A stretch of 64,000 bases of DNA, taken from IMG/VR virus record IMGVR_UViG_3300037067_003400, positions 1-64,000 of that record, one strand, 5' to 3'. Positions 1 through 10,356 of the stretch are shown here, piece after piece. The DNA is from a virus. Its lineage: Duplodnaviria; Caudoviricetes. The position numbers were made by a program, and so were the translations under genes. Each line of letters begins with the position of its first letter. The stretch's first letter is position 1. The notes under the pieces are model-generated. The model had not been told where the DNA came from. It did not search any database and saw only the letters and a list, made by a program, of their open reading frames with translations.

Positions 1-822
1 CATATTATCATAAATCTTCTTTAAATATCCTACATAGAAAGCATGTATATTACTTCCAGAAGGCTTTACAAATGTATTATTACGATAGGTTCCGTAAGTT
101 CCATCATATATCTGAGTAGTTCCTCCACTTAGAAGGCACCCTTGTATTACCCCAGAAGTCATATTCCTTACTATATAACCAGTTCCACCTAATAGTTTTA
201 TGTTGCTATCTATTAGAGCTACTATAGAGTTTACTCTTTTAGTAGCAGCTACAGCCGGGGTTACACTTATAGACGTAGCTGTTACTCCACTACATGTATG
301 ATATACTGTTGGATAACTTTCAGAAAGCTCAGTTACTATAGCTACTGTTTTTCCTACCCACTCTGCTGAAGGAACTGCTGTATTTACTGGTAACTCTACA
401 GCATTTACTGGTGTGGCTGCTGTCAGGTTGCACCATCTCACAGTAGGAGGAGTTCCATAAATGTTGATATGATTACTTGTAGATATATAGATTCCATTAG
501 AGCCGCTAGTTTGAATAGTAAGTAAAGTTTCTTTAGGAAGTGGAACTTCTTCAGTGCCTATACTTATGTAGCCTGTTCCTGTTAGATCTGCGCTTAGTTT
601 TAAGAAATATGGCCCACCTGTAGTTTGACAAGTTAGAGTTCCTACTGCTGATAAAGTTACACCCTGAGTCCAAACTGAGTGGTCCGCATCAAAGGTTACA
701 GTGTGTCCAGCTGCTATTACTACAGTATCCCCAGATGTAGGAACTGCTGACCCAGACCAGGTTAAAGTATTACTCCATAACCCATTTGTTACACTTGTTT
801 TAGATCCAACTGGTCCGGGCAT
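1..822 (-). CDS. Partial virion appendage (tailspike/fibre-like) protein with G8-like N-terminus; paralogue of 822..2993; runs off the window edge
   Basis: Not in the ORF track. The ATG at 822 overlaps the upstream stop (TAATG) and is in frame with an open reading at the window edge. Translation MPGPVGSKTSVTNGLWSNTLTWSGSAVPTSGDTVVIAAGHTVTFD...GGPYFLK...SAEW aligns with the N-terminus of the 723-aa neighbour. Confidence 0.75.
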   Translation of the reverse strand, partial: MPGPVGSKTSVTNGLWSNTLTWSGSAVPTSGDTVVIAAGHTVTFDADHSVWTQGVTLSAVGTLTCQTTGGPYFLKLSADLTGTGYISIGTEEVPLPKETLLTIQTSGSNGIYISTSNHINIYGTPPTVRWCNLTAATPVNAVELPVNTAVPSAEWVGKTVAIVTELSESYPTVYHTCSGVTATSISVTPAVAATKRVNSIVALIDSNIKLLGGTGYIVRNMTSGVIQGCLLSGGTTQIYDGTYGTYRNNTFVKPSGSNIHAFYVGYLKKIYDNM

Positions 823-2993
823 TAGAGTATCATCCTCTCATTGTGAGAAGACTGTTTCTTATACCATAGATAGGAAGATAGTCCTGTAGGGTCATCTGCT
901 AGTATTCTTAGTTTACATGGTATGCTATAAGATTCTGTGTTTGTATAAGTAAGTGTATCCTCTTTCCATAAGGTATCTTCTTCAGCTACCCAAGGTTGTG
1001 CTACACTTCCAGAACAAAACATAAATCCACAGTATTTTACTGTGTCTACTGTAGGGTCTGCTATATTTTCATAGAATATAGGATAGGCATAGTATGAAGA
1101 TGGTGGTGCTGTAAATCCTTCACTTTTTATGTATTGCCAAGATGAAGATGCATCTGCTACAACATAAACTGGGTCACCACATGCACCATATCCAATAGTT
1201 TGCCAACTAATAGCTAATGTAAATGGTCTATTATTTTTTACCCACATACCTACTGAATAAGTGCTACCAGATGTTACTACTATCCTTTGGTCAAAGGATG
1301 TAATTTCACAAGCACCCTGTATAGTACCACTTGTGATACTTAGCGCTGTTGGAAATCCAGGAGCTACATCTGAAGTTTGTATAGTGTATATACAGGTTGG
1401 AGCATTATATAGGTCAGTAGTATTATCCTCTAACATATACTGGTTTCTACTAACTATATTATAATTAGTATCATAGGATAGCTGAGTTTGTGCCAGTATA
1501 CTTTCATCCCCAAATCTCTTAGGGTCTGCTCCTGCTTTGTATAAGTAGGCTGTAGGAGCTGTTATGAATGCTGAGGAGGACTTGCCATATAAAGTAAAGG
1601 TCGCTCTTTCTCCAGGAGCTATAGATTGTGCTTCATCTACCCATACTTCATTATCAATGTTAGTTGAGATAAATTGATGTAACTCCCCTAAGTATGGATG
1701 GGCTACAATAGAAGATACTGCTCTGCCACTGGAAGTCCATGCCTGGTGTACACCATTTGGAGTTATCAAATCAAAAAAGCTGTGGTCTTGCTTATTTCTT
1801 CCTTCCCAAACACCGTTATAATCTGAAGTAGTTCCAACCACTGTGCTATTTGTAGCTGTTATTCTACCTTGATGGCTTATTGTATTCCATGAGCTTAGAA
1901 CACAACTATCTAACTGCATCTCTGATCTATAGGCTCCTTCAGCTACTACTGATATATTACAGTTATTAGCTACTAATGGAGCTCCCATAGAGAACCAGGT
2001 ACACCCATAGTAAGTGCTATCATTGATAGTAGTATTTGTAGCATAGACATTAGCATACCCACTACCATAAAAGAATAGGTTTTCTATCTTATTATTATAG
2101 GAGTAGTATATTCCCTGATTACACCCAGCTGAGATACCGCCAGAGATATATGTATCGACTCCTCCATTAGTTATATTCCCAGTACCAGTAAAAATATTAT
2201 CGTAGAATTTACTAGCAGTGTCTGACCCTATAGCTGTACTTCCTCTATCAAATAAACAACTTGTAAAGGTGCTTCGTATGGAACCATAGAGACAGTTTGT
2301 TGTGCCACTACCATTTAATAAAACATTGGTTAATATCCCGGAGGTTATACCACGTATAAGGTATGAAGTAGAATTTGTTATTGTTATATTTCTATCTGCT
2401 AGGAATACATAGGAACCTAATGCTCTACTGACAGTAAGAGCTGGTGTTATCCCTATAGAGGTAGTAGTTAAACTAGTGCATGTTAGAGTAGTTGCAGAAC
2501 TCCCAGATTGCCAGTTGCATATTCTTATTGTTTTATTAAGCCATTCTGCTGAGGAGACTGCTGTGTCTACTGCTATTGTAGCAGCCCCTATAGCTGCTGT
2601 GGCTGTCATCTTACAGTATGGGTTGGTTGGGGGAGTTCCCTTAAAGTTTATAGCGCTTCCACCAGTCATGTATAGATAACGAGCCCCACCAGTAAAGTCT
2701 ATTGTAAATCTTGGATTATATGTACCAGCCCTTGCGCCAACCGCTGTGAAAGTTCCGGTTCCAGTTATATTGGCCCCCATCTTAAGATAGTAAGGACCAC
2801 CACTAATTAATAAGGCAAGAGAGCCATTAATTACTAAAGCAGCTAATCCAGTAGACCAACTAGACTGATCAACATCAAAGACTACACTATGTCCAGCTGT
2901 TATAGTTACACTATCCCCACTTGTAGGAACAGAGCCACCCCATACTCCAGTAGTGCTCCACGAGCCAGAGTCTATACTAGTCTTAGTAGCCAC
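822..2993 (-). CDS. Virion appendage protein: G8-like N-terminal domain, beta-helix-like repeats, C-terminal CBM-like jelly-roll
   Basis: N-terminal SGSWS...W.G.VP..GD.V.I.AGH.V.FD pattern; Asn/Gly/Cys-rich periodic middle region; position downstream of the head genes. Confidence 0.6.
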   Translation of the reverse strand: MATKTSIDSGSWSTTGVWGGSVPTSGDSVTITAGHSVVFDVDQSSWSTGLAALVINGSLALLISGGPYYLKMGANITGTGTFTAVGARAGTYNPRFTIDFTGGARYLYMTGGSAINFKGTPPTNPYCKMTATAAIGAATIAVDTAVSSAEWLNKTIRICNWQSGSSATTLTCTSLTTTSIGITPALTVSRALGSYVFLADRNITITNSTSYLIRGITSGILTNVLLNGSGTTNCLYGSIRSTFTSCLFDRGSTAIGSDTASKFYDNIFTGTGNITNGGVDTYISGGISAGCNQGIYYSYNNKIENLFFYGSGYANVYATNTTINDSTYYGCTWFSMGAPLVANNCNISVVAEGAYRSEMQLDSCVLSSWNTISHQGRITATNSTVVGTTSDYNGVWEGRNKQDHSFFDLITPNGVHQAWTSSGRAVSSIVAHPYLGELHQFISTNIDNEVWVDEAQSIAPGERATFTLYGKSSSAFITAPTAYLYKAGADPKRFGDESILAQTQLSYDTNYNIVSRNQYMLEDNTTDLYNAPTCIYTIQTSDVAPGFPTALSITSGTIQGACEITSFDQRIVVTSGSTYSVGMWVKNNRPFTLAISWQTIGYGACGDPVYVVADASSSWQYIKSEGFTAPPSSYYAYPIFYENIADPTVDTVKYCGFMFCSGSVAQPWVAEEDTLWKEDTLTYTNTESYSIPCKLRILADDPTGLSSYLWYKKQSSHNERMIL

Positions 2994-3376
2994 TACTTAA
3001 TACCTTCTACCTTTTCATCTATAGGTGGTTTTATAGGCTCTGTTATAGGTTTAGTAGCTAACTCTTCTTTAGCATCGTAGATTATCTTATCAAAAGGTCT
3101 TGTTCCTAAAGTGTTTACTTTAGAGAATGAGTAGTTCTTTGTATATTCTATTTCTGCTTGTATAGGAACTTTGGTAAATCCATAATGCACTATCATCAAA
3201 TCTAAGACTAGCTGCTCATCTATAGTATCAGAGTTGTCTGCTAAAGTTGGAGCTATCTTTCTAACTATGTCTGTAATCATAGTCTCAAACTGAGCTTGTG
3301 TATACACTGTTTTATGCTGAAGTAGAACCTCAGTTTTTATAGTATGCTCTTCTGTTATTATTTTATATATAGCCAT
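2993..3376 (-). CDS. Hypothetical protein of the structural operon
   Basis: Translationally coupled to both neighbours (TAGTG overlap). Confidence 0.6.
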   Translation of the reverse strand: MAIYKIITEEHTIKTEVLLQHKTVYTQAQFETMITDIVRKIAPTLADNSDTIDEQLVLDLMIVHYGFTKVPIQAEIEYTKNYSFSKVNTLGTRPFDKIIYDAKEELATKPITEPIKPPIDEKVEGIK

Positions 3377-3377
3377 G

Positions 3378-4892
3378 TTAGAAAGTCTCCCTTCTTAAGC
3401 TTGCCATAGACTGATCACTATATCTATCTTCAGCATTCCATTGACTGGAACGAACACCTATAGCTGGGGATATTCTATAAAGCATAATATTATTTTCAAG
3501 AATTTTTAACTGATCTTGCAGCCTCTTATAAAGTTTACCTAACTCAGTTAGAGCACCAGCCCCAACATCTACGGTAAAATCTCCCAGAGTCTTTTTAGTA
3601 TCTGCTCTATCTAATAGCTCAAAGTATTTCATTTGAACTATTCCAAATGCGGCTTTTACAGTTACGTACTGCTGCATATCATAAGTTAGAATATCTATAG
3701 CCGCCTGTACTTCTGCTAATGTAGACTCTTCATTAGTTAATCTTAATCTGTTTACATCAAGAGAAGCATTATGTATAAGTAGATTTATTAAATCATCGGT
3801 AAAGTCTGTGCTGAATCCTCCACATATTGCTCTTACTGAGATAGTGTTTACATAAAGAGGAGAGTATTGACTTGTAAAGTATGATTTAGTCACACCAGCC
3901 ATTGTATCTCCATCTGTATTTTTGATACCTGTTATATAAATATCATATCTTGTATTAGTAGCTATAGCATCTGTGGGAGTAAACTGAACTATTGATGAAC
4001 CTATTATTGTTAGAGTTCCATTTACGGTTCCACCAACTAAAGTTCCATTATCTAAAGGTTGGTATAATACATAGAAGTTATTTGCAGATACTGTAGCAGC
4101 ATCTACATTTTCTGAGAAAGTTGCCTGTATAACTGGAAAGATAGTTTGGTTAGTAGCTGCATCCTCTGGTAGTAAAGAAGTTATGCCAAATACCCCAGCG
4201 TGGGGTAGTTCTACACGTGTATCAACAGAAGATTGAATCTCTGCTCCATAGTAGAATGAAATATAATCAGACCATCCACCTATAGCAGCTGTTCCATTAG
4301 CTCTTACTCTCCAGAAGTATTGTGTTCCTTCTGTTAAAGATGCTGCTGCTGGGGAATATTCTGCCGACGTAGGGGTTCCAGTTAATATAATGGTGCCATC
4401 TGTAAATCTTGGGGAAACTGAATACTGTACTGTGTAGGATGTTGCGCTTGGAATAACAGACCAAGTAAATAAAGGTAGGAGTTCATAAGCTGATTCGTCT
4501 GGGGGTGATAATGAGGAAGGTGTAGCTATGCTACTTCCATTTACTGTAAACTGCCATGTATAAGTTCTACCTAAAGACCTTCCAGTAAATGATTCTATGT
4601 CAGATTGAGCCACAAATTGATATAACTCTCCAGCCGTAAGCGATGATGCTGGCTGCAGAGTTAAAATATTATTGCTGGTATCAAATGAATCGTATGTTAA
4701 ATCGTATGGCTTATCTGTTGATAGTTCTACTAAGGAAAATAAGTTATTAAGTGTCCCAGAATTAGAGAACTGAACAGTATCCATCTCTAAGGAGAATGTC
4801 ATCTCAATGTCAGGTAGATTCCCAACATCTGTATCCTCTAACGTAGGAGAAAAACTAAGTAAAACTGGGATACCTATTTGGCTATAGTCCAT
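3378..4892 (-). CDS. Ig-like (Big_5-type) and FN3 domain head/neck protein, possibly with a C-terminal head-tail adaptor region
   Basis: Two domains with I..TFS..MD/VD and L/F.P...L motifs; FN3-like L..GTQYFWRVRA; helical C-terminus with KKTLGDFTV; lies directly downstream of the major capsid gene. Confidence 0.65.
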   Translation of the reverse strand: MDYSQIGIPVLLSFSPTLEDTDVGNLPDIEMTFSLEMDTVQFSNSGTLNNLFSLVELSTDKPYDLTYDSFDTSNNILTLQPASSLTAGELYQFVAQSDIESFTGRSLGRTYTWQFTVNGSSIATPSSLSPPDESAYELLPLFTWSVIPSATSYTVQYSVSPRFTDGTIILTGTPTSAEYSPAAASLTEGTQYFWRVRANGTAAIGGWSDYISFYYGAEIQSSVDTRVELPHAGVFGITSLLPEDAATNQTIFPVIQATFSENVDAATVSANNFYVLYQPLDNGTLVGGTVNGTLTIIGSSIVQFTPTDAIATNTRYDIYITGIKNTDGDTMAGVTKSYFTSQYSPLYVNTISVRAICGGFSTDFTDDLINLLIHNASLDVNRLRLTNEESTLAEVQAAIDILTYDMQQYVTVKAAFGIVQMKYFELLDRADTKKTLGDFTVDVGAGALTELGKLYKRLQDQLKILENNIMLYRISPAIGVRSSQWNAEDRYSDQSMASLRRETF

Positions 4893-4926
4893 TGTTATCT
4901 TCCTTTGGTATTGATGTAACAGAGGG

Positions 4927-4951
4927 AGGGGTAGTTGTATTACCCCTCCTG
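4927..4951 (-). terminator. Stem-loop after the major capsid gene
   Basis: GGAGGGGTA/TACCCCTCC inverted repeat; the T-tract on the minus strand is weak. Confidence 0.5.
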
Positions 4952-4968
4952 TTTTATGTTGTTAGAAC

Positions 4969-6147
4969 TTAGAGAGATTTTGTTCTAACGGTATACATAG
5001 GAGCGAAGTTCTCAGCAATTCTTACATTCTTGAGAACAACAGCACTCCTTCCACCATTTGGAAGTCCAACGCCATACATCTCTTTAACCTTAAGGTATAG
5101 TATGTCTCTTGATGGATCATTGAACTGATCCGGTTGTAGTCCTTCTCTCTGAAGTAGAATTATACCGTTATTCCTATCACAAATATAAATACTTGTGCAG
5201 GGACCTGTATCGTCACCAGTAGCTGCTAAGTTAGTGAGGTGAGTGTTGGTAGAATATGCAACAAAAGGAGTAACATTGACATTCATGCTCCAAGGGAGAT
5301 TCTGTGCAATATTATCTGGTCCTATTGGCCCATAAGTCTGTCCAACTGGTCCATGTGTTAGCAACTGGAACTGTAGACGAGGGTCTTTCATAAAGATAGT
5401 CCATGCCATTGGGTGTAGAACTATATCTGTTGGAGCATATTCATTAGCTAAGAGCATTCCCATTGCATCAATGAGGTCATTAAATGCCAAGGTTCCGTTC
5501 TTATTTAAATCTGTATATGTTCCTGTTGTGTGGTAAGCAGTATCACTATTACTATTGTCGAAAGCTACGATTGCTGTATCTTCGAAGGCTTTGAAGATTT
5601 TCTCTTCTTTCCATCTCATCATAGCATAACCCATAGCTTCTACATGTAGAGCAAGCACGTCCCACATAGAGTTGTTAACTACTTCCTCAGCGATGGAACA
5701 CTTAAGACCAGATTTGGTAACCTTGATCTCAGTTGTTGCTTCACCGAAGGCTAAGTTCATCTCAGGATACTCTTGACCCTGAGCAATATCACCAGCACGT
5801 AGCGCACCAAGTGTTGGGAACTCTACCGATTTCATATCAGTATCAATAGTAACTGTTCTTGCTAAAGTCTTCTGACCAATCATCATTGGCTCCAATGGTC
5901 TCATTAGAACATCAGAGATAACTTTTGGTATAAGAACACTTGCATCAGCAGAGTACAATGTTTCCTTCATATCAAGCTTGAGAGCTGGTCTCTTACTTGC
6001 ATCAGTAACCATTACACTTTTGATAGTTTCTACTGCATCATTGATATACTTAAGATCAATAGATTTATCTGTTCCCGGAATGCTAATATTAACATTCTCA
6101 TCAACTGCTTTATCAAGCAGTTCCTTGAACAATTTTCCGTTGTTCAT
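4969..6147 (-). CDS. Major capsid protein (HK97 fold)
   Basis: LIPKVIS, E.P...L, K.G....I.EE, PTDIVLHP and D.......KE.YG.G patterns; 392 aa; synteny after protease, scaffold and decoration genes. Confidence 0.9.
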   Translation of the reverse strand: MNNGKLFKELLDKAVDENVNISIPGTDKSIDLKYINDAVETIKSVMVTDASKRPALKLDMKETLYSADASVLIPKVISDVLMRPLEPMMIGQKTLARTVTIDTDMKSVEFPTLGALRAGDIAQGQEYPEMNLAFGEATTEIKVTKSGLKCSIAEEVVNNSMWDVLALHVEAMGYAMMRWKEEKIFKAFEDTAIVAFDNSNSDTAYHTTGTYTDLNKNGTLAFNDLIDAMGMLLANEYAPTDIVLHPMAWTIFMKDPRLQFQLLTHGPVGQTYGPIGPDNIAQNLPWSMNVNVTPFVAYSTNTHLTNLAATGDDTGPCTSIYICDRNNGIILLQREGLQPDQFNDPSRDILYLKVKEMYGVGLPNGGRSAVVLKNVRIAENFAPMYTVRTKSL

Positions 6148-6248
6148 TTAATAAAGTCTCCTTACTTTTAGGGAGTTACCCCATTTGTATTATGTAAATC
6201 TAAATATCGGGGGTGTTTCCACCCCCTATTGCTTAGGGCTGATCCCTA

Positions 6249-7604
6249 TTAGTCAACCATTATCTTCATAATACCTACGGAACCCGCAATATCATACGCA
6301 GTTGGCGTACCAGTTGAAAGTCCACTATAGAAAGCGTCTGTAAGCATCATTTGACCACTATCGTATCTAACTCCAGTATCAATATCTTCATAGTAATATG
6401 ACATAGTGATATCGGAAGCTTCAATAGCAGTTCCATCAGCCTGTGCAACACCCCACAACTGGAGGATTCCAGTAATTGGGTTAACACTATAGTTCTTACC
6501 AATGGAGTAGTCTGTAAGATACATGTTTGAGAATCTTGGGAGACTTGTTACTCCAGATGCTGCTGTCCATGTACCAGTGTCTCCATCGAGGTACAGACAA
6601 CCATCGCCAATCTGAACTACTATCTCTTTATAAGCTGCAATTTGATGAGAAGGCCCACCGACTGCGATTTGGAATGCTCCATTTCCTAAGTCAGTAAGTG
6701 TATCTCCTGTGGTTACAGCAGCTGCTGTGCACCAACCAGGCATTTGCATTCTTGGGAGATCCCAAACGCCATAGTTGTCTCTAACCCACTTAAGCCATCC
6801 AGGTAGATCTGAGTCTATAATTTCAAGACCAAGAATTGTTCCAGCAATTTGCTGAATTCCCTGTCCCCAAGTGTAGGAATAAGACTTAACTCCAGATGTA
6901 GCAAATGTTGCTACCCATCCCTGAGCATTACTTTGCCATGCAACTGTTGCGCTTGTAGGTACTCCATCTGCAGTCCATCCAACAACGTTAGTTGGTGTAA
7001 ATGGAGAGAATGTCGCACTTGCTAATCTAATACCAGTAGAAGTTGTAGCTGTTCCAGTATGGACAGTATAACGAGATTTCTCTACCCACTTAACTACTTT
7101 ACCTTTATGACGAGGATCTATAGTACTTGTAGAACCTTTACCTGCATAAGCAGTAATTTTATCTCCCTGTGTAAGATCTCCATAAGCTCCATTACTGAAA
7201 CCAGTAGAACTTGCAACATAAGGAAGAGCAATTAGTTTTTGTTTGAATACAGCTGGAAGAGCTTGCATTCTATCTGCATACCACTGACTATGCATAGTGA
7301 ATCCAGCATAACCTATTGGGCTATATGTAACACCATCAGCCAGTGTGAGAATTGTTTTATGATCCTCTGAAGTACTTGTGTCTAAAGCTGCACCTGTTCC
7401 AGATGTAATAACTTTAGCTGCAACACCTAAGAGTCTTCCTTTTGGGATGACTATAAGATCAGTTGGGAACTTTGGATCCTGTCCCAAAATTGGGAGTGTT
7501 GGATCAAGTTTAAAGTTTTCGGCTGGAGCTTTAAGATCAGAAATTTCCAGCTCTGCAGACCAACGTCTTCCGGTTGGATTGTATCCTATCATACCTCTTG
7601 ACAT
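6249..7604 (-). CDS. Capsid decoration/cement-like structural protein
   Basis: Between scaffold and capsid genes; VIPKGRLLG motif; Gly/Thr-rich beta structure. Confidence 0.6.
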   Translation of the reverse strand: MSRGMIGYNPTGRRWSAELEISDLKAPAENFKLDPTLPILGQDPKFPTDLIVIPKGRLLGVAAKVITSGTGAALDTSTSEDHKTILTLADGVTYSPIGYAGFTMHSQWYADRMQALPAVFKQKLIALPYVASSTGFSNGAYGDLTQGDKITAYAGKGSTSTIDPRHKGKVVKWVEKSRYTVHTGTATTSTGIRLASATFSPFTPTNVVGWTADGVPTSATVAWQSNAQGWVATFATSGVKSYSYTWGQGIQQIAGTILGLEIIDSDLPGWLKWVRDNYGVWDLPRMQMPGWCTAAAVTTGDTLTDLGNGAFQIAVGGPSHQIAAYKEIVVQIGDGCLYLDGDTGTWTAASGVTSLPRFSNMYLTDYSIGKNYSVNPITGILQLWGVAQADGTAIEASDITMSYYYEDIDTGVRYDSGQMMLTDAFYSGLSTGTPTAYDIAGSVGIMKIMVD

Positions 7605-7606
7605 TG

Positions 7607-8719
7607 TTAGTTTGTCTCCTTACCATTAAGATTGAATTTCTTCTTTATATCAGCTTCTCTTTTCTTATCGCCTCCACCTAATACTACTATTAAATTCTCT
7701 TCAGATTCTGTTACCTGAGAGTATAACGTATTTCTTAAGGTCTTTGTATCTGTTTCCAGATCGGTGATTTTTGTAAGAGGAGCAGTATCCTGGGAAACCA
7801 TTGCCGTCTCTTCATGTAAAGTAGGATCTGTAACAGGTTCTACGTTACTTGTTGAGAGGGGTGGTTTCTGTTCCTTAGGGTCACTAACTTCTGGAGTTGT
7901 AGCCTCTTCCATATCTGCAATATGTATTCTAATGTATTCATCAGAACGGCTTACAAACTTAGCTGTTAGTTCTTCTAAGGTCATCGTTTTAGCTAATGGC
8001 CATTGTTTCTCAATAGAAATTCTTGCTGCTTCTTTTGCTAAGAGTCCATGATTCTCTGCACAAGCTGTAGCAAGTTTGGCTTCTAATTCAGCTACTAAAG
8101 AGTTACTATCTTTTTCAACAGCATCTGGTGTCTCCGTTGGAGGTTCAGATGGAGTTGGTGTAGCTTCGGTCGCATCAGCTGATGGAACTGGAGTTTCATC
8201 CACAACTTCGGAAGATTGATCTTTATCTTCGTTCTTTTTGGATTTCTCGAGATCTTCTTTTTCTTTTTCTAATTCAGCTATTCGAATCTTCAATTCGTTT
8301 TCAGTTTTGGCAGACTCTTCTATGAGTTTGTCCATATCTTCTTTTAGAGTTGAGGATTCATCTTTCTTTTGTTGAAGACTTTCATCTTCTTTTGCCTCAT
8401 CTGTTTGCTGGTCAGATAAGAACTTGTAAATAAGAGGATAGTTTTCAGAGGTTATGCTAATGGCATAAGGTTCAGTAGACTCTGCAGGAGTTACACCCTG
8501 AAACAAATCGCTTCGATCTTCGTCGGTAAGCTTCTCCGCCGAGTGGGCCATAATTACTCCCAGAATACCATTAATATCCTCTGGTGTGTGAGCCTCTTTT
8601 CTTATCTCTTTTACAGCATCTATTGTTGACTCTCTTGTAGACAGATCTACTTCATGGAGTAGGAGAGTTACTTTATGCTCTTCATCTACAAGTTTGGTAA
8701 CATAGACAGAATTGCTCAT
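7607..8719 (-). CDS. Probable capsid scaffold protein
   Basis: Acidic coiled-coil with Pro/Thr low-complexity segments, directly after the protease. Confidence 0.6.
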   Translation of the reverse strand: MSNSVYVTKLVDEEHKVTLLLHEVDLSTRESTIDAVKEIRKEAHTPEDINGILGVIMAHSAEKLTDEDRSDLFQGVTPAESTEPYAISITSENYPLIYKFLSDQQTDEAKEDESLQQKKDESSTLKEDMDKLIEESAKTENELKIRIAELEKEKEDLEKSKKNEDKDQSSEVVDETPVPSADATEATPTPSEPPTETPDAVEKDSNSLVAELEAKLATACAENHGLLAKEAARISIEKQWPLAKTMTLEELTAKFVSRSDEYIRIHIADMEEATTPEVSDPKEQKPPLSTSNVEPVTDPTLHEETAMVSQDTAPLTKITDLETDTKTLRNTLYSQVTESEENLIVVLGGGDKKREADIKKKFNLNGKETN

Positions 8720-8720
8720 G

Positions 8721-9590
8721 TTAGTATCCTTTCACTCGCTGTTTGAGTTGTTGTAGGCATTCTTTAGAGAGAATCTTCTGCGAGAATGAGTTGTAATAAT
8801 TCTTTTCTGCTGACTCTAATATAGTATCATAAGTCGCTTTTGTAATGCCCAGTGAATTTTCTCTGTAGCTTTCCTTGGGTATCTTGTCTCCTGAGTTCAG
8901 GTCCAATAAGAATTCACCATCGGTGCCCGCTAAGAGGACCCTTGCTTCAGAGTCACTTAAAGAAGGTTGTACTACTTTAGCATTAATGTCCGAAGGAACA
9001 TTAACAAAACTTATCTCTTTAGCTTTTACGCTTCCAAGAATCCAGTAGCACTCCTTGCCCTCATATATTTGACCTCTGTCATGTTCACAAAAGCCTTCAG
9101 CAGTTAAATTAGTTCCACATATACTACAGACAACAGAGTTTACACTACTACCTATACTAACGGTTAGCCACCTTCCGGTAAGTATTCGGTCTATCGCTTC
9201 TCTATCTGTAATAGCAGCAATTGTTCTTAGGTATCCTCCACCACTTTTAGGGTCACTTACAAAATTACAATTGTAAACTCTTCCAAAAGGTAGTGAAGCT
9301 TCTCCTCCAAACATTCCACCGCTATCATTATGGTCTCTAAGAATAGGAACTGGATAAGGATAGAAGAATGAGATAGCCCCTGTGCCCTCATTCGGATTTC
9401 CCATTAGTTCCCTTGACGGATAATACGTCTTATTCCTAGTTATCCAATCTGCAGTAATTGCATGAATCTCTGTAAATATTACTGCTGGTTCCTCAGCAAT
9501 ACCTTCTGTAATACGTTTAGTATTACGTAATGGTAATGATAAGTTAACTTGTTCTATTTGTGTTTTCAAATCTTTTATATTTTTTTCCAT
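8721..9590 (-). CDS. Prohead (capsid maturation) protease
   Basis: PILRDH (His), PFGRV, TVSIG (Ser), CSICG...CEH Zn insert and EISFVNVPSD: HK97/U35-like protease motifs. Confidence 0.85.
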   Translation of the reverse strand: MEKNIKDLKTQIEQVNLSLPLRNTKRITEGIAEEPAVIFTEIHAITADWITRNKTYYPSRELMGNPNEGTGAISFFYPYPVPILRDHNDSGGMFGGEASLPFGRVYNCNFVSDPKSGGGYLRTIAAITDREAIDRILTGRWLTVSIGSSVNSVVCSICGTNLTAEGFCEHDRGQIYEGKECYWILGSVKAKEISFVNVPSDINAKVVQPSLSDSEARVLLAGTDGEFLLDLNSGDKIPKESYRENSLGITKATYDTILESAEKNYYNSFSQKILSKECLQQLKQRVKGY

Positions 9591-9605
9591 TGTGTCCCAA
9601 CTTTA

Positions 9606-9965
9606 CTAAGTATAGATGTGCACTAATACAGTAGTAGCTATTCCAAGGGTTATTAATAATAATGAGTACCAATAATTACGAACTCTTTTAGATAAGTTTT
9701 GTGTAGTCCTCCTAACTAATAAATTATCATCTAAAGCTTTCTTGTTAGATTTTGCATAAATAGTTAAATCTGATTTCAAATCTTTCACACTTTTATCAAG
9801 CATATCAACTTGTAACTCTATCCTGGCTCTACAAGTTATTTCAGCTTTTGCTATTTCATCTAACTTTGTGCTTATATTAGTTAGACTTGTAACTATAAAG
9901 TTTTCTATTAATTCTACTCGTTTTGTAAGATCTAATACACTAACTTCTAATTCAGCAAGTCCCAT
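9606..9965 (-). CDS. Coiled-coil protein with C-terminal transmembrane helix (XhlA/holin-like)
   Basis: Heptad repeats followed by a hydrophobic C-terminus; resembles its neighbour. Confidence 0.5.
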   Translation of the reverse strand: MGLAELEVSVLDLTKRVELIENFIVTSLTNISTKLDEIAKAEITCRARIELQVDMLDKSVKDLKSDLTIYAKSNKKALDDNLLVRRTTQNLSKRVRNYWYSLLLITLGIATTVLVHIYT

Positions 9966-9976
9966 TTTTTAACCCC

Positions 9977-10339
9977 TTATCCTAGAATATGTTTTATAAC
10001 TGAGCCTATTAAAGCAGTGCTGACTACTACGACAACTGCCCATAGGGCATTTATCATCTTATTAAGTCTTGTATTATCTATAACAACATCCTTTATATCA
10101 CTATCTATGACTTGTACAGAGTGCATACAATCATTTATTTCTTTTTCAATAGATTCTACTCTTTTTTCTATATAACATAATCTCTGCTCATGCCTAATAA
10201 ATACACCAGCATCACCAGACATTATAGATTCTAACTTACCATCAATACTTTTAAGTGCGTCTTTTACTTGAGCTTCTAATACAGCATATTTTAAATTTAG
10301 TTCTTGTAATTGAGCGGTCAGTTGTTCAAGGTCAGCCAT
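9977..10339 (-). CDS. Coiled-coil protein with C-terminal transmembrane helix (XhlA/holin-like)
   Basis: HEQRL..IEKRV coiled coil followed by LWAVVVVVSTALIGSVI. Confidence 0.5.
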   Translation of the reverse strand: MADLEQLTAQLQELNLKYAVLEAQVKDALKSIDGKLESIMSGDAGVFIRHEQRLCYIEKRVESIEKEINDCMHSVQVIDSDIKDVVIDNTRLNKMINALWAVVVVVSTALIGSVIKHILG

Positions 10340-10356
10340 TAGTTTTTTACCCTTTC

